This document shows, piece after piece, positions 9,601 to 20,686 of a DNA stretch of 64,000 nt. Position 1 is the stretch's first letter; every line of letters starts with the position of its first letter. The notes below the pieces were generated by a model. The model saw only the letters and a list, made by a program, of their open reading frames with translations. It ran no database searches and was not told the origin of the DNA. The position numbers were made by a program, and so were the translations under genes. Source of the DNA: Chlorokybus atmophyticus (Eukaryota; Plantae; Mesostigma and Chlorokybus algae); contig RHPI01002262.1 in the NCBI GenBank assembly GCA_009103225.1, forward strand, positions 675,435-739,434, written 5' to 3'.

Positions 9601-11750
9601 CTGCCTCCTTCAAAAACGGTGATCTAATAGCGGTGAAAGGTATGCCGTTAGCATAAAAGAAACGAGCTATGGCGCGATTAACATCAGTCTTGTTCGTTCG
9701 GTTGAAGCCTTGTGGGATAGTGGTTTAGGTTTGGGTTCTGGCTGCGCTTGTGCCTGCACCTGCTTGTGACAATGCATAATGAGCATGCATGTGTGTTGAG
9801 TGTTGGCGACTCTTGCTTGCATGTGCAACAATGAAGCACCAACCTTCTTGCGACAGCACGTCTAATTGGTTCACTTTGCGCCGCTTGGTATGAGCCTTCA
9901 CGGCCTCATCTTCAAGGCTGCGTATGACAGCGCTGACCTGCTCCGGGCACTCCGTGCAAGGAGACACGCCAACCGTTGGCTTGTCACCAAGCAGATGCGC
10001 ACGGATGCGGCTGGCTCCTCCCCAGAAGGTCTTCTCGCAGTACAAGCATTCAACTTGCGAGTTTTTGGCGGAAGTGCTCATGACCAGCACATGCTTCCAC
10101 TCCTCACCCTTCATGACACAGCGTCTGCACATTGCGCGCGTCACTGCTCATTAAATAGAGAGAGGGGAAGGCGGACTGAATGCGCGTGTGCATGTGCGTA
10201 TGTGAGAGGGAGAGACGGAGAGAGGGAGGTAGACTGACTGTGCGTGTGTGTGTGAGAGGGAGAAAGGGAGAGAGTGGGAGACAAACTGTGTGTGTGCGTT
10301 TGTGAGAGTGAGAGAGGGAGAGAGAGATAGACTGCCTGTATGTGCATGTGTGACAGAGAGAGGGGGAGGTAGACTGACTGTGTATGCGTGCGTGTGTGAG
10401 AGTGAGAGAGGGAGAGCAGTCAGTCTGGACTGCATGCACACGCGCAATCATGTGCGTTTGTGAGAGGGAGAGAGGGAGAGAGAGATGGACTGATTGTGTG
10501 TATGTGCGTGTGTGAGAGAGGTAGAGAGAGAGGGAGGTAGACTAACTGTGTGGGTGCGTGCGTGTGTGACAGTGAGAGAATACCTTGCTTGCAAGGCGTC
10601 TGTGGAAGCAGGGCAAGTAAGACAATCCCGTCGCCACCGCCGCCCACGCCAAGGAGACCGCCGCCAGGAGAATGTCTGTTGCGTTCCAAGGCGGTGGAAT
10701 TAGGGTTTGCAAGTAGAAAGTCATTAGAATCGAAATCTCATAAAACACCATATATAACCCTAAAAGTCGTATTTTAGGCCGTATTCGAGTGGTATGACAA
10801 ATGCTGCTTGGTATACTAGTATTAAAGTGTATTTTTACCCAAAATGAGTCGTATGGTGCTACTATGTTTTGCGGAGAGTGTGCCCCCTGCCGTCGTCGTC
10901 CATGGTGTCCAGCATGGCCCAAAATCTGCTCGAGCTGGGGCACTTGTGATCATCCAGGACACTTTGCGCTATGGATGGCCTGGCGCGAAATACACAATGG
11001 TAGAAGCAATTACCATCCGTTGGCGCATTGAAGTGGTCCCATGAGGCGAGCTGGCCACCTAGCATAATTGATGGCCGTATGCGGGTTGCGGCCAGCTCCT
11101 CTGATGACTCGCTGGCAGGTGGTGACCCCTGCTGCATGCGCATACAGCACTTACATGGTGTGTCCAACTGTGGACGGCAAGAGTCACAGTGACTGATAAA
11201 GTACCAGAGTTTGGGGCAGACTACCGGCTTCAACTTGCAGCGGGTGGGGTAAGGTAGGTGCAGAAGCCACATCGGTTGTTGCATTGTGCTGTGGTCTCGC
11301 CGGTGGCGGCAAGAAGGATTGTTGCCCCGCAATCACCGGTGCTGCTCGTGGAGGAGATGGCAGTGCACGAAGGACTGGTGCCGCGGAAGGTGGTTGCGCT
11401 CTGGCTGGGAGGGGAGCAGGAGCTGCAGGTGAGACCACTTGTGCATGCAGCAAGGGGGGCTGTATACAGGACCCAGGATAAGATGGCACAATGTTGCAAA
11501 GGACGAATATAAGCTTATGCAGTGCCTGACGCATTGTTACCAAGGCACGAGCATAAAAGACAACGACTTACCTCAATGGCCCGTGGGCTGCATGGAGCAG
11601 GGGAAGCCATGGGGGCTGACAAGGTGTAATTGGCTGCACTCTCCCCGCCACCCTCGATGGCAGACTCGTCACGGAGCTCGTGAGCCATGGGCACATCATG
11701 CGCCACTGCCCCAATGGACATGTCGGGATTCAACAGGCCAACATGCATGT
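6660..11750 (-). CDS. Spliced OTU-family deubiquitinase-like gene, copy B, interrupted by the hAT element
   Basis: Catalytic-loop motif TDGNCFYHC at about 11006-11017. VYVEHLQMTMFANKLGLLIGCV and the His motif EAHFLLL (about 7345) lie beyond the insertion, and the frame is continuous (TLRK|ITAK) once hAT plus one TSD is removed. Upstream Pro-rich exons have GT-AG boundaries. A TAA shared by both copies may lie in a short intron. Confidence 0.7.
7963..10132 (-). CDS. hAT transposase (zf-BED + DUF659-like core + C-terminal dimerization domain), spliced
   Basis: BED finger W..V...VECLYCEKTFWGGASRIRAHL. DDE triad in TSDGWTD, CTDSAA and SCERSWS. WWLEFGGGTPQLQTVAVRTLAQVSSASSCER marks the dimerization domain. 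Clear intron at 9124-9203, with two more upstream. Confidence 0.93.
10150..10580. repeat. Compound GA/GT minisatellite in the 5' region of the hAT element
   Basis: Recurring GAGAGGGAGAG...GGTAGACTGACTGTG(T/C)GTGTGT units. Confidence 0.85.
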
Positions 11751-12843
11751 TAAACTAATGTCGCATCGCCGCCGCGCCCATCAGCAAGTGGGATTGAAGG
11801 ACCAGTTGATGGGATTGAATCCAGGCTTGCGTAGGAGCTCCAACAGGACCTAGTGCACTGTGGTGCTATCAACCAATCACATGTGGGTTAGCTGCATGCT
11901 TGCGACACTGCAATTGCAATAGTCAACTGCGTCACACCGTCATCAGTTGGTTGCTTCGAACAGTCACCTGCGGCATTGCTGGTTGATGCACGAATGACTG
12001 CATGGACTGCGTCATTGCTGGTTGATGCACTATTGGTTAAATGCCGGACGAATGGCCACGCGCTCCGGTGCTCAAACCCAGCCTACTTCGTTCGGCACGC
12101 GCGCGCGACTTCGCACGCTCACGCACATCCTAGCATGCAAAGGTAGGCATGCATTGGAGCCGACATTGCAGTCAACATGCACAGCGAGATTGGCAACAAC
12201 ATACCGCCGCCCAGCTCTGTCTATCTGCTCTTGCTTCCGTAATGTCGGCTTGACTGTAGGGTGGGTATGGGTGAATAGTGGAGGCCTGCAGCCACGCTAC
12301 ATATATCACATGGACTGCGCTCAGAAACAAATTGCTCTTGCAAGGAAATGCATGTGACTGTTGAGCGTACCTCTGCAGTCCTTTGTGCTTGTTCCCACAG
12401 CCGCAATTGGTCCCGCATGGTTCTGACAAGGGGCTCCAAGGACTGCAGCTCCTGATCCACTCCCTGTTGCAGAAAGCGAGCCACCAAGCAGCTCTCTGTG
12501 TGAAGATGGTCTTTAATGGCTTGCCTGCTGGTTTGTCCAATGTTGGTGATGCATGTTGGACAGCCCCGTTGCTGCGCCTGCCATGATCCATCACGTGGCG
12601 ACCGGTAGTAGCCGGCTTCGCTGCTTGAACTCTTACGACCACAACTTCTCGCAAGATGTGCCACGCCGCCGCCGCCGCCTCCTCCGACTCCTGGTCCTCC
12701 GTCTCCTAGTCGAACCCAGGCCCATCAAGCCTGACATTCGACCCGTCATCGACCTGGTGCCCCTGCGTGCCATCATCCGGCCATCAATGAAGCGTGTTTG
12801 GGTGAGTGCATGCTAACTCCCATTTGGGCTGATCGAGCAATGC

Positions 12844-12961
12844 CTCTGTCGTACCATGGATGGTACGACAGAGCCATTGTACGGCAATCGCTGGGGTTGG
12901 ACGAGAGATGCCTCTATCGTATCATAAATGTTACGACACAACCATTGTTACCAATGGTTGT
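12844..12961. other. Two perfect inverted repeats in the divergent promoter region
   Basis: CTCTGTCGTACCAT-GG-ATGGTACGACAGAG at 12844-12873 and ACAACCATTG-TTAC-CAATGGTTGT at 12938-12961. Confidence 0.85.
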
Positions 12962-13181
12962 ACGAAGCATGGATGGCACGAATGCATAAGTCGTACCATC
13001 AACCATAGGAGAAAGGACGCACTACAAGTGCGACTCTAGTGCGGGACTCTAGACGTTCAAAACCGCCTCATTTTCGTTTTCGCGCCTCGTACATTCGGGC
13101 GGGCCAACCGGCGGCGGCAGCGTTGGAGGCGGCAGCGCCACTTACAGCTAAACAGGCGGCACCCGACTATCAGTTGGAGAG

Positions 13182-15009
13182 ATGCCTCGTGGTCCATCCG
13201 TAAGTGCACCTCGTCGTGGAGGTCGGCGCCAGTTGTCCACATTGCCCCCAGTGTTCAACCAGGCAACCGTCGCCAACCAATCGCAGCAAGACCCCGCGCT
13301 AACGCCCAGCACATCACAACAACTCCACCTGACACCGCAGTCGCAAGGGCAAGCTAGATTGCATGCGTTCTTTATGCACTGTGCACGTTGCTTCTTGCTC
13401 AACTTCTAAGTTGGATGCTTGCTTCTTTCATGACTAGCACAATGACTCACTGCATGCGTTCTGGATACACTGTGCACGTTGTTCTTCTTTTGCAACTGTG
13501 AGGGTTGCATCTTTCATGGCTGGCAGCATGACTCATGTGGTTGTGCTTGCAGAGGGTCGATTGGAACCCCCAACCCAAACGCATTTGGCCGTGACGTGGC
13601 AACCTCGGCCGTCAGCAACCCTTCCCCAAGCAAGTGGAAGATTGGCAACGAGGTAAGCACTGTGTGACACTGTGACACTGTGTGTATGTGTGTAACGGAT
13701 TGTTCTTCTGTGGACAGCATTTGCGAGATGCCGTCGTTGAAATCATAAACGGCCACTGGGTAGAGAGCCACGTTTATCCCAAGGAGGACACTATTCGTAA
13801 CGTCATGTGTCAGGTGCTGTGAATGCTTCATGACCGCACTGCACCGTGACACTGACCAACCTGCCCGTGACAGGTAGTTGGCTTCGAACATGACGATGAG
13901 GCCGATGCGGCCAAGTTCTATGAGGTGTACTGGACTCCCAAGGAGTGCCCCTTCCACTGGAGTGTCGCCCTGAAGAAAGCTACGCAGGTCCGGTCTGAGA
14001 ACGTCACCAAGATCAAGCATGTCCTTGAGAAGGAGTACAAGTGGACACTGTTTAACAGCAACAAGCGCAAGTGAGTTGGGTCCCTCACCACCATGTCTGC
14101 TATGCAACACTGCCTTCTTACTCAGCCTCCATACACACGTACTCATCTCGCCTATTGTAACCGATTCAATCAGGCACATCGACGCCCTAATGGACCCCGA
14201 GACCCAAAAAGCCCAGATGCGCAACGCGCTCCAAAGTAAGTCACAGGCACTATTCTAGCCTGGTGCAGGCTCAACTTGAACTATCTATTTCGTGACTAAT
14301 GCCTTGTCGGTATGACTGTCGCAGACAAGTCATGGCGGAGATTTGAGGTGACCGACACTGCAGACCCGGAGCGGAGGAGATACATCCATGAATGGGGCAA
14401 TCCCATAATCTGGCAAATGATCGTGCAATGCTGGTCTTACGCCGTCACTACACCTGGTCGCCGGCAGCTGACAGTCAACCACCTCGCATACCTGTTGCTT
14501 ACGGTGAGCACTCTGAACTCCATCATTAGCAATTCAGGAATGCTGTAGCCCCAAACTACAGGCTTGCAGACGCGTTGCAGTGAATAGTGGCTTTCGATGC
14601 CACTAAGACATGCCTGTAAACTACGCAGGTGGAGCGCATCCTAAAGGGCAAGGATGGAGACCCTCTCCTAGCTGCCAGCATAGACACACATGAAGAGTAC
14701 CTCAGCAAAATCAACACCATGATCTTGTCAATAAAGCGGGAGATGAGGCAACGATACGCAGCCCTTCAGCCATTCACCCTTGTGAAACGCCGCACTGCAT
14801 CTTGTGTCGAATACCTGAATTATCCCAATCGGCGCCGGCCGCAAAAGACAGCAGCTCGTGACCCGCTCGCTGAGGCAGAAGCGGCATTTGATTGGCTGGC
14901 ACAACCGTTTGAGGAGGAAGAGCAAGCTCCGGCGTCTCCTCCACAGGCCCCAGCGCGTGGTGCTTTGTTCCGTAATGACGAGCAAAGCGATGATGGAGAG
15001 GAGCTGTAG
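13182..15009 (+). CDS. Multi-exon hypothetical protein of unknown family, probably a transposon accessory gene
   Basis: A chain of GT-AG exons joins in frame: ...SKWKIGNE|HLRDAVVEIINGHW...VMCQ|VVGFEHDDEAD...NSNKR|HIDALMDPETQK...|KSWRRFEV...HLAYLLLT|VERILKGKDG...DDGEEL*. The first intron boundaries are uncertain. Confidence 0.7.
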
Positions 15010-15364
15010 CGCAGTTGGTAGTCCGTTTAGCTGGTAGTGTACATAGCTACAAGGCTCTTGTGACTGAGTGTTGTGCATCTTAAACCAGCTCAGTCAATCG
15101 TCATTATGCTCATGCACATCAATACTTGCATCCCTATGATATACAACAGAACTGCATTCGAGTCACATAATCGAACTACAAGCCTGAGCAAGTGACTGAG
15201 AGACACTGTACACATTTCAGGTACATGTACACAGCACAGGCACATAACAATGCTGGAAGTCAGTGACAATCGCGTGTAGTCAAGCTATGCAATTACATAT
15301 GACGACAGTTAGGCACTAGTCACCTTCAGTTGTTAATAAATGCCTTATTTTGTCGATAATTACC

Positions 15365-15660
15365 TAGTTGGTGCTTGTTAATTAGGCTTAGTCGCCTGCG
15401 CTGGACGGGTGTGTAACCTGCAGGTGCCTGTCACATAGGCTGAGTCACCTAAGTAAGACTGATGTGTAACTTACAGGTGCCCGTTGATTAGTTGTAGTCA
15501 CCTAATAAGGCCTGATGTGTAACTAACAGTTGCCTGTAAATTACACAAAGTCATTTGTTGAGGCCTGGTGTGTGACTAACAGGNCTACAGTCACATGCTA
15601 AGGCCTGACAGGTAACTAAGAGGCGCCTGTTAGTTGGGCATAGTCAAATGTTAACGACTA
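15365..15660. repeat. Degenerate 53-bp tandem array, candidate subterminal repeats
   Basis: (G/A)TGTGT(A/G)AC recurs at 15409, 15462, 15515 and 15568 with AGTCA and AGGCCTG cores; further partial units flank these. An N lies at 15584. Confidence 0.8.
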
Positions 15661-18472
15661 AATTGTAACAAAAAGGGCATGATAGTAACGGAAGTTACAA
15701 TTAGGTCCCTGTATCAAGATTACAGGTGGCCTGAGCCACGACAGTCCAAATCAGTGTCTTCAGGTGCACGGCCGTTGCCAATATTTAGTCGGCCGGCAGG
15801 GAAAACATATTGCGATGTATGTGCGTGCGCGTGCGCGTGCGCATGTGTGTGTCAATTTGTAACAGCATATCAGTATGCACTCAATGCGTCACACTCTTGT
15901 ACATGCTGTCGTGTTGCTATGGTAATGTGATGACTTGCGTGTGTGTATGCTGTTGACAATGGCCCCGTGTATTTTCCATATGCTCCAACGTGGCAGCCCA
16001 TGGCAAGCACACACATACAAGCAATGTATGCGTGCGCGTGTGCACTTGTGATTGCAACAATGACGCCCATATTACAGCAACTTGGATGCCAGTGCATGCG
16101 CCACTGTGTGCTGAACAGGGAAAACACATGACGCTCTCATGTGTGCGCACATTGCAGGCGGTGCACGAAAACGACATGAATCACCCTTCGTACCATCCAA
16201 CTCGTAGTGCGTAGCAGTAGTAGGTTATCTCGTGGAGGAGCTCAGCAGTGCTCAACAACACCAACACCAACCATAGCATAAACAAAGCCTGAAAGGCCGA
16301 TCTTGCTTCTAAAGTGAGCCCCGTACACCGCTAACACAAACGGACGACACATGCACACACACGATCAATGCCCCTCAACAGCTGCATTGGTGCTTAGCAT
16401 GTCTCTTATTTCTCAACAAGACATCGTGATAGCTGATCATCTGTAAGCTGCAGACAAAGTTGGAGCATCAGCGCCTGTATGCGATGCTTGTCTTTCTAGA
16501 GGTGCTGCTTGCTCACACACACGTGCCGTGTGCATTGGCTGTCACATGTCGTGTGTGTCCCATATGACTACCATTACCAATGCGGTTGCTGCAACAACAG
16601 TTGCACTCGCAGGTCATGTAGCTAGCACTAGCATATTTTCATAGGTATGCTTAACTGATAGTCGTTCCGCTCGCTCATCACGCACTGGGACCACGTTTAT
16701 GCACACGAATCAAACGTGCATGCACAGAGATCGTTAGGCTCATCACACATTGCAGGTGGGTAGGCGTGCCAGCGCACATGTGGTGACGAGTTGTGTGCAA
16801 ATTTTTAAAGGACTTATCTGCCGACAGGCAAGGCTTAGGAGCGCGTACAACTTCTCTCATCAGGGGGCTGCAATTCTGGCTGGGAGGTTCCTCGCAAAAC
16901 GCCTGTCCATCATGCTCATAATGTTGGCGGACGCAGACATCCCTGATAGCCCCTCACTGAGTGCAGGACAAGATGTGTCCTTCAACGACCAAAGCTGGTA
17001 CCGTGCATGTTTGAGGTAACGGCAACGTGAGTAAGTACTTCAACTGGTGCTCCTCGTTGTCACCAGCGAGGGCCATGACAGCTCCGTCGTGGACATGATG
17101 GAGGCATGCGGCGCCAAGGTCATCCCCATCTTTGCTTCAGCCCGACCTGCTCAGCCAAACACAACCACGAATACATTATCCAAATCTCCTGCACGACAAG
17201 AAGGTCAATGGTTTACATTACATTATGCTTGCCTGCCCCTGCAACTCAGCTCAATGACTTGTATACTCTATTCTGCATTGCAGGCGTATGATATGCAAAA
17301 AGAAAGGCAGGGTGCTGGAGGAGAAGTTGAGGCTAGTGTACCGGAAGGATAAACTCCAATCTACTGTAAATATGACTGTGTGAAGCGATACATGAGAGCG
17401 AACGCAAGGCAGCTTCATGTGCAAGGTGGTAAGCTGCCTTGATGAGTGTCGTGACTACAACGTGGGCATGAGCTAGGAGTGCTGTTCGAACAGCATGATC
17501 AGCACCGTCCCCAACATTTACTGTGACGCCACTTGACTCCACCTGCAGAGCACGCATGATTTTTACAAGGGGCTGAAGGAGCTTTCCAATATTAACGTAA
17601 AAATCGCGCGTTAGTGCAACCTCTGCCTCCATGGACTGGTCAAGGTAGCAGCACACCATCATCTTGAGTAAACATTTGGTTGATTGCAGCTGATCTCATT
17701 CCCATGCATAAGCAGCGGCCCAACGTGGATGCTGGCGACTTAAAAGCAATGACGAACGAGACAACATGGGCAATGACGAGCGGAACAACATGGGCAAGGA
17801 CGACATCAGGATGTTAAAGGTCGAGTTGATGCCATGTTGAGTTACAAGGGTAACTTGAGGATGTCCAGTCGCTGCAGGATCATCATGACTGCCCGCTCAG
17901 TCATCCATGTATGCATGCGCATGTGGATGCGTGCAAAGCTCTCGAGCAAGCGGCGTGTATGGTGGACTCCCTTGCTTATGAGAGTCAATGAGAGTCAATG
18001 GTTTTACGTACTGCTTGCATTGCAGGGCATTTTGTTGCCGAACGCGAAACACAGGCAAGGACGGGCGCGTGGCCAATGTGGGCATCAAGCTGGGGTTTAC
18101 TTTTAACGTTCGTGTAGCTGTGAAAACGCTTTGCAAGACTTGACTTGCAAAGCTGCACACGCTCTTCACCTTGTTGGTGTTCGGCATACTGGTGGCCATG
18201 GACAGAGCTCGCGGCGCTGACACACGCGCTGAAGGATGAGTACATTGTACGCGTGCCCGACAGCGACGTTTCCCACCCCGCAACCCCCTTCACAACGTGC
18301 TGCTCACCGGTACAGATTTTAATATGGTCCCTAAGCTTTTGCATCCATGCGCGCATGTGTGCGTGCGCTTGTCTGTAAATTGTGTCTCTATGTGCGTGTA
18401 TGTCTGTGCATGTGCATGTGTGATCTGTGTGCCTGTGCGTGTCTCGTGTATATTGGACTCGTAAGATTGTAA

Positions 18473-19180
18473 ATGCATCACATATTGGACAAGTTCACCT
18501 CAACCTCCAGGCTACTCCAGCATTGGCAAGGATCTGTGTTTCTTACATCAGACGTCGACTTTTCGGTATTCTCCATGAGTTCAGTGGGCGGCGGCTTCTA
18601 TCAACACAGGTGTATTTCTCATCCGCAACTCCAAGTGGGTGCTGTCAATGCTGCGATCGCTGTACGATGACTTCCCGCACGTGAGGCGATGCATGCTGTT
18701 GAACTCGATGCAATGTGACGCAGTGCGGAAGCAAAAGCATGTGTGAGCAACGTGCAGGTCAGCTATAGAGCACGCGTGGTGGGAGCAAGAGGCTCTTTAC
18801 TACCGCTACAAGCATCCTCAAGCTTGTTATACAAACGCTGTAAGTGCCCAAAGCATGCAACATGCGTGTGCTATGCCGGTGCGTGTGACAGAGAGGGGAG
18901 GGGGCGGGGCGGGGGGACTTTGTGCGCTTGCGCGTGTCGTAGCATGTGTGCGTGTGTGTGCAAGTCAAGTCAATGCATAAAGCACAATTGGAGCGTGCAG
19001 GTAATCATACCATATCGCTACATGGATTGCTGGCTACAGATGCCCTACTGCTAGAGTCAGGAGCTGAGTCCGTTTAACGGACTTAGCGCATGCACCACAA
19101 ACGGTTCGTGGTGCACGCGGCGAGGCGTGACGCAGACAAGTATAGGATGTTGTACCTGAAGCAAGGAGTACCCTGAGGAA
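18473..19180 (+). pseudogene. GT34-like (XXT/GMA12/MNN10-type) glycosyltransferase remnant, copy 1
   Basis: Exon translations SINTGVFLIRNSKWVLSML, HAWWEQEAL, VIIPYRYMD and FVVHAAR match GT34 motifs in the expected order, with frameshifts and stops between them. Confidence 0.55.
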
Positions 19181-19978
19181 CCTCCCAAAAAGATAGCATG
19201 GGTGTCCCGGGTCGCCACCAGTGTCTAGGTTAGTCAGTTAACCTGCTATTGCAGCATGTGCACGGTAGCATCTGCCTCGCTTTCACTTGCAGCTTGGCAC
19301 ACACTCTCACCGTAGACTTCGCAAACGCTTATTGGCAACACATGCATTGCGCATGCGCATGCATTCGTGGTATCAAGACAGTCGTGGTTTTCAGACTGGT
19401 GAGTGTGGCGCATATTGCATAACCTCTGTACGCACTCAATAACCTCAAACCCAATCCTTTTGCAAGCCTTGCATTGTGCTTGCTGGCATCCTGTTGTTTG
19501 TTGACCTGTATACTTTGCAGTACCCTCTACATCACATGCTGCATGTAAGTTATTTTGGTACTTGGGACCGCAAGTTCAGCACCACCGGTGTACGGAAGCG
19601 TAGCTATATTGTTAATATTTATGTATAGTGTATGTGTAAGCGCACCGCTACCATGAGAGGAGCACACAAGAGCACTCGTGTCGAAATCCACGAAGGAAGT
19701 TGATGCGACATTAACCGACTAGCGTAAGCTGAAGTCTGTCCAATTGCTGCAAGATCACCATCATGGCCGCCCGCTTTCCCACCCCGCAACCCCCTTCACA
19801 ACGTGCTGCTCACCGGTACAGATTTTAATATGGTCCCTAAGCTTTTGCATCCATGCGCGCATGTGTGCGTGCGCTTGTCTGTAAATTGTGTCTCTATGTG
19901 CGTGTATGTCTGTGCATGTGCATGTGTGATCTGTGTGCCTGTGCGTGTCTCGTGTATATTGGACTCGTAAGATTGTAA

Positions 19979-20686
19979 ATGCATCACATATTGGACAAGT
20001 TCACCTCAACCTCCAGGCTACTCCAGCATTGGCAAGGATCTGTGTTTCTTACATCAGACGTCGACTTTTCGGTATTCTCCATGAGTTCAGTGGGCGGCGG
20101 CTTCTATCAACACAGGTGTATTTCTCATCCGCAACTCCAAGTGGGTGCTGTCAATGCTGCGATCGCTGTACGATGACTTCCCGCACGTGAGGCGATGCAT
20201 GCTGTTGAACTCGATGCAATGTGACGCAGTGCGGAAGCAAAAGCATGTGTGAGCAACGTGCAGGTCAGCTATAGAGCACGCGTGGTGGGAGCAAGAGGCT
20301 CTTTACTACCGCTACAAGCATCCTCAAGCTTGTTATACAAACGCTGTAAGTGCCCAAAGCATGCAACATGCGTGTGCTATGCCGGTGCGTGTGACAGAGA
20401 GGGGAGGGGGCGGGGCGGGGGGACTTTGTGCGCTTGCGCGTGTCGTAGCATGTGTGCGTGTGTGTGCAAGTCAAGTCAATGCATAAAGCACAATTGGAGC
20501 GTGCAGGTAATCATACCATATCGCTACATGGATTGCTGGCTACAGATGCCCTACTGCTAGAGTCAGGAGCTGAGTCCGTTTAACGGACTTAGCGCATGCA
20601 CCACAAACGGTTCGTGGTGCACGCGGCGAGGCGTGACGCAGACAAGTATAGGATGTTGTACCTGAAGCAAGGAGTACCCTGAGGAA
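19979..20686 (+). pseudogene. GT34-like glycosyltransferase remnant, copy 2
   Basis: Same sequence as copy 1, offset by 1506. Confidence 0.55.

Larger units (their letters stand above)
7727..10866 (-). mobile_element. hAT DNA transposon, 3,140 bp, apparently autonomous
   Basis: Perfect 17-bp TIRs CATAGTAGCACCATACG at 7727-7743 and 10850-10866. The 8-bp TSD TTTTGCGG lies at 7719-7726 and 10867-10874. The empty site is visible in the paralog at about 5831. Confidence 0.97.

Noticed and set aside
13514-14224. 236-aa minus-strand ORF
   Set aside because: It is the antisense shadow of the plus-strand gene, which has consistent GT-AG exons.
15365-15660. Regularly spaced repeats as a CRISPR array
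   Set aside because: The whole 53-bp unit is degenerate with no unique spacers, there are no cas genes, and the context is eukaryotic.
16750-17200. Possible GT8-like glycosyltransferase exons (LLVVTSEGHDSSVVDMMEACGAKVIPI)
   Set aside because: There is only a short resemblance, with no DxD motif and no consistent splice model.
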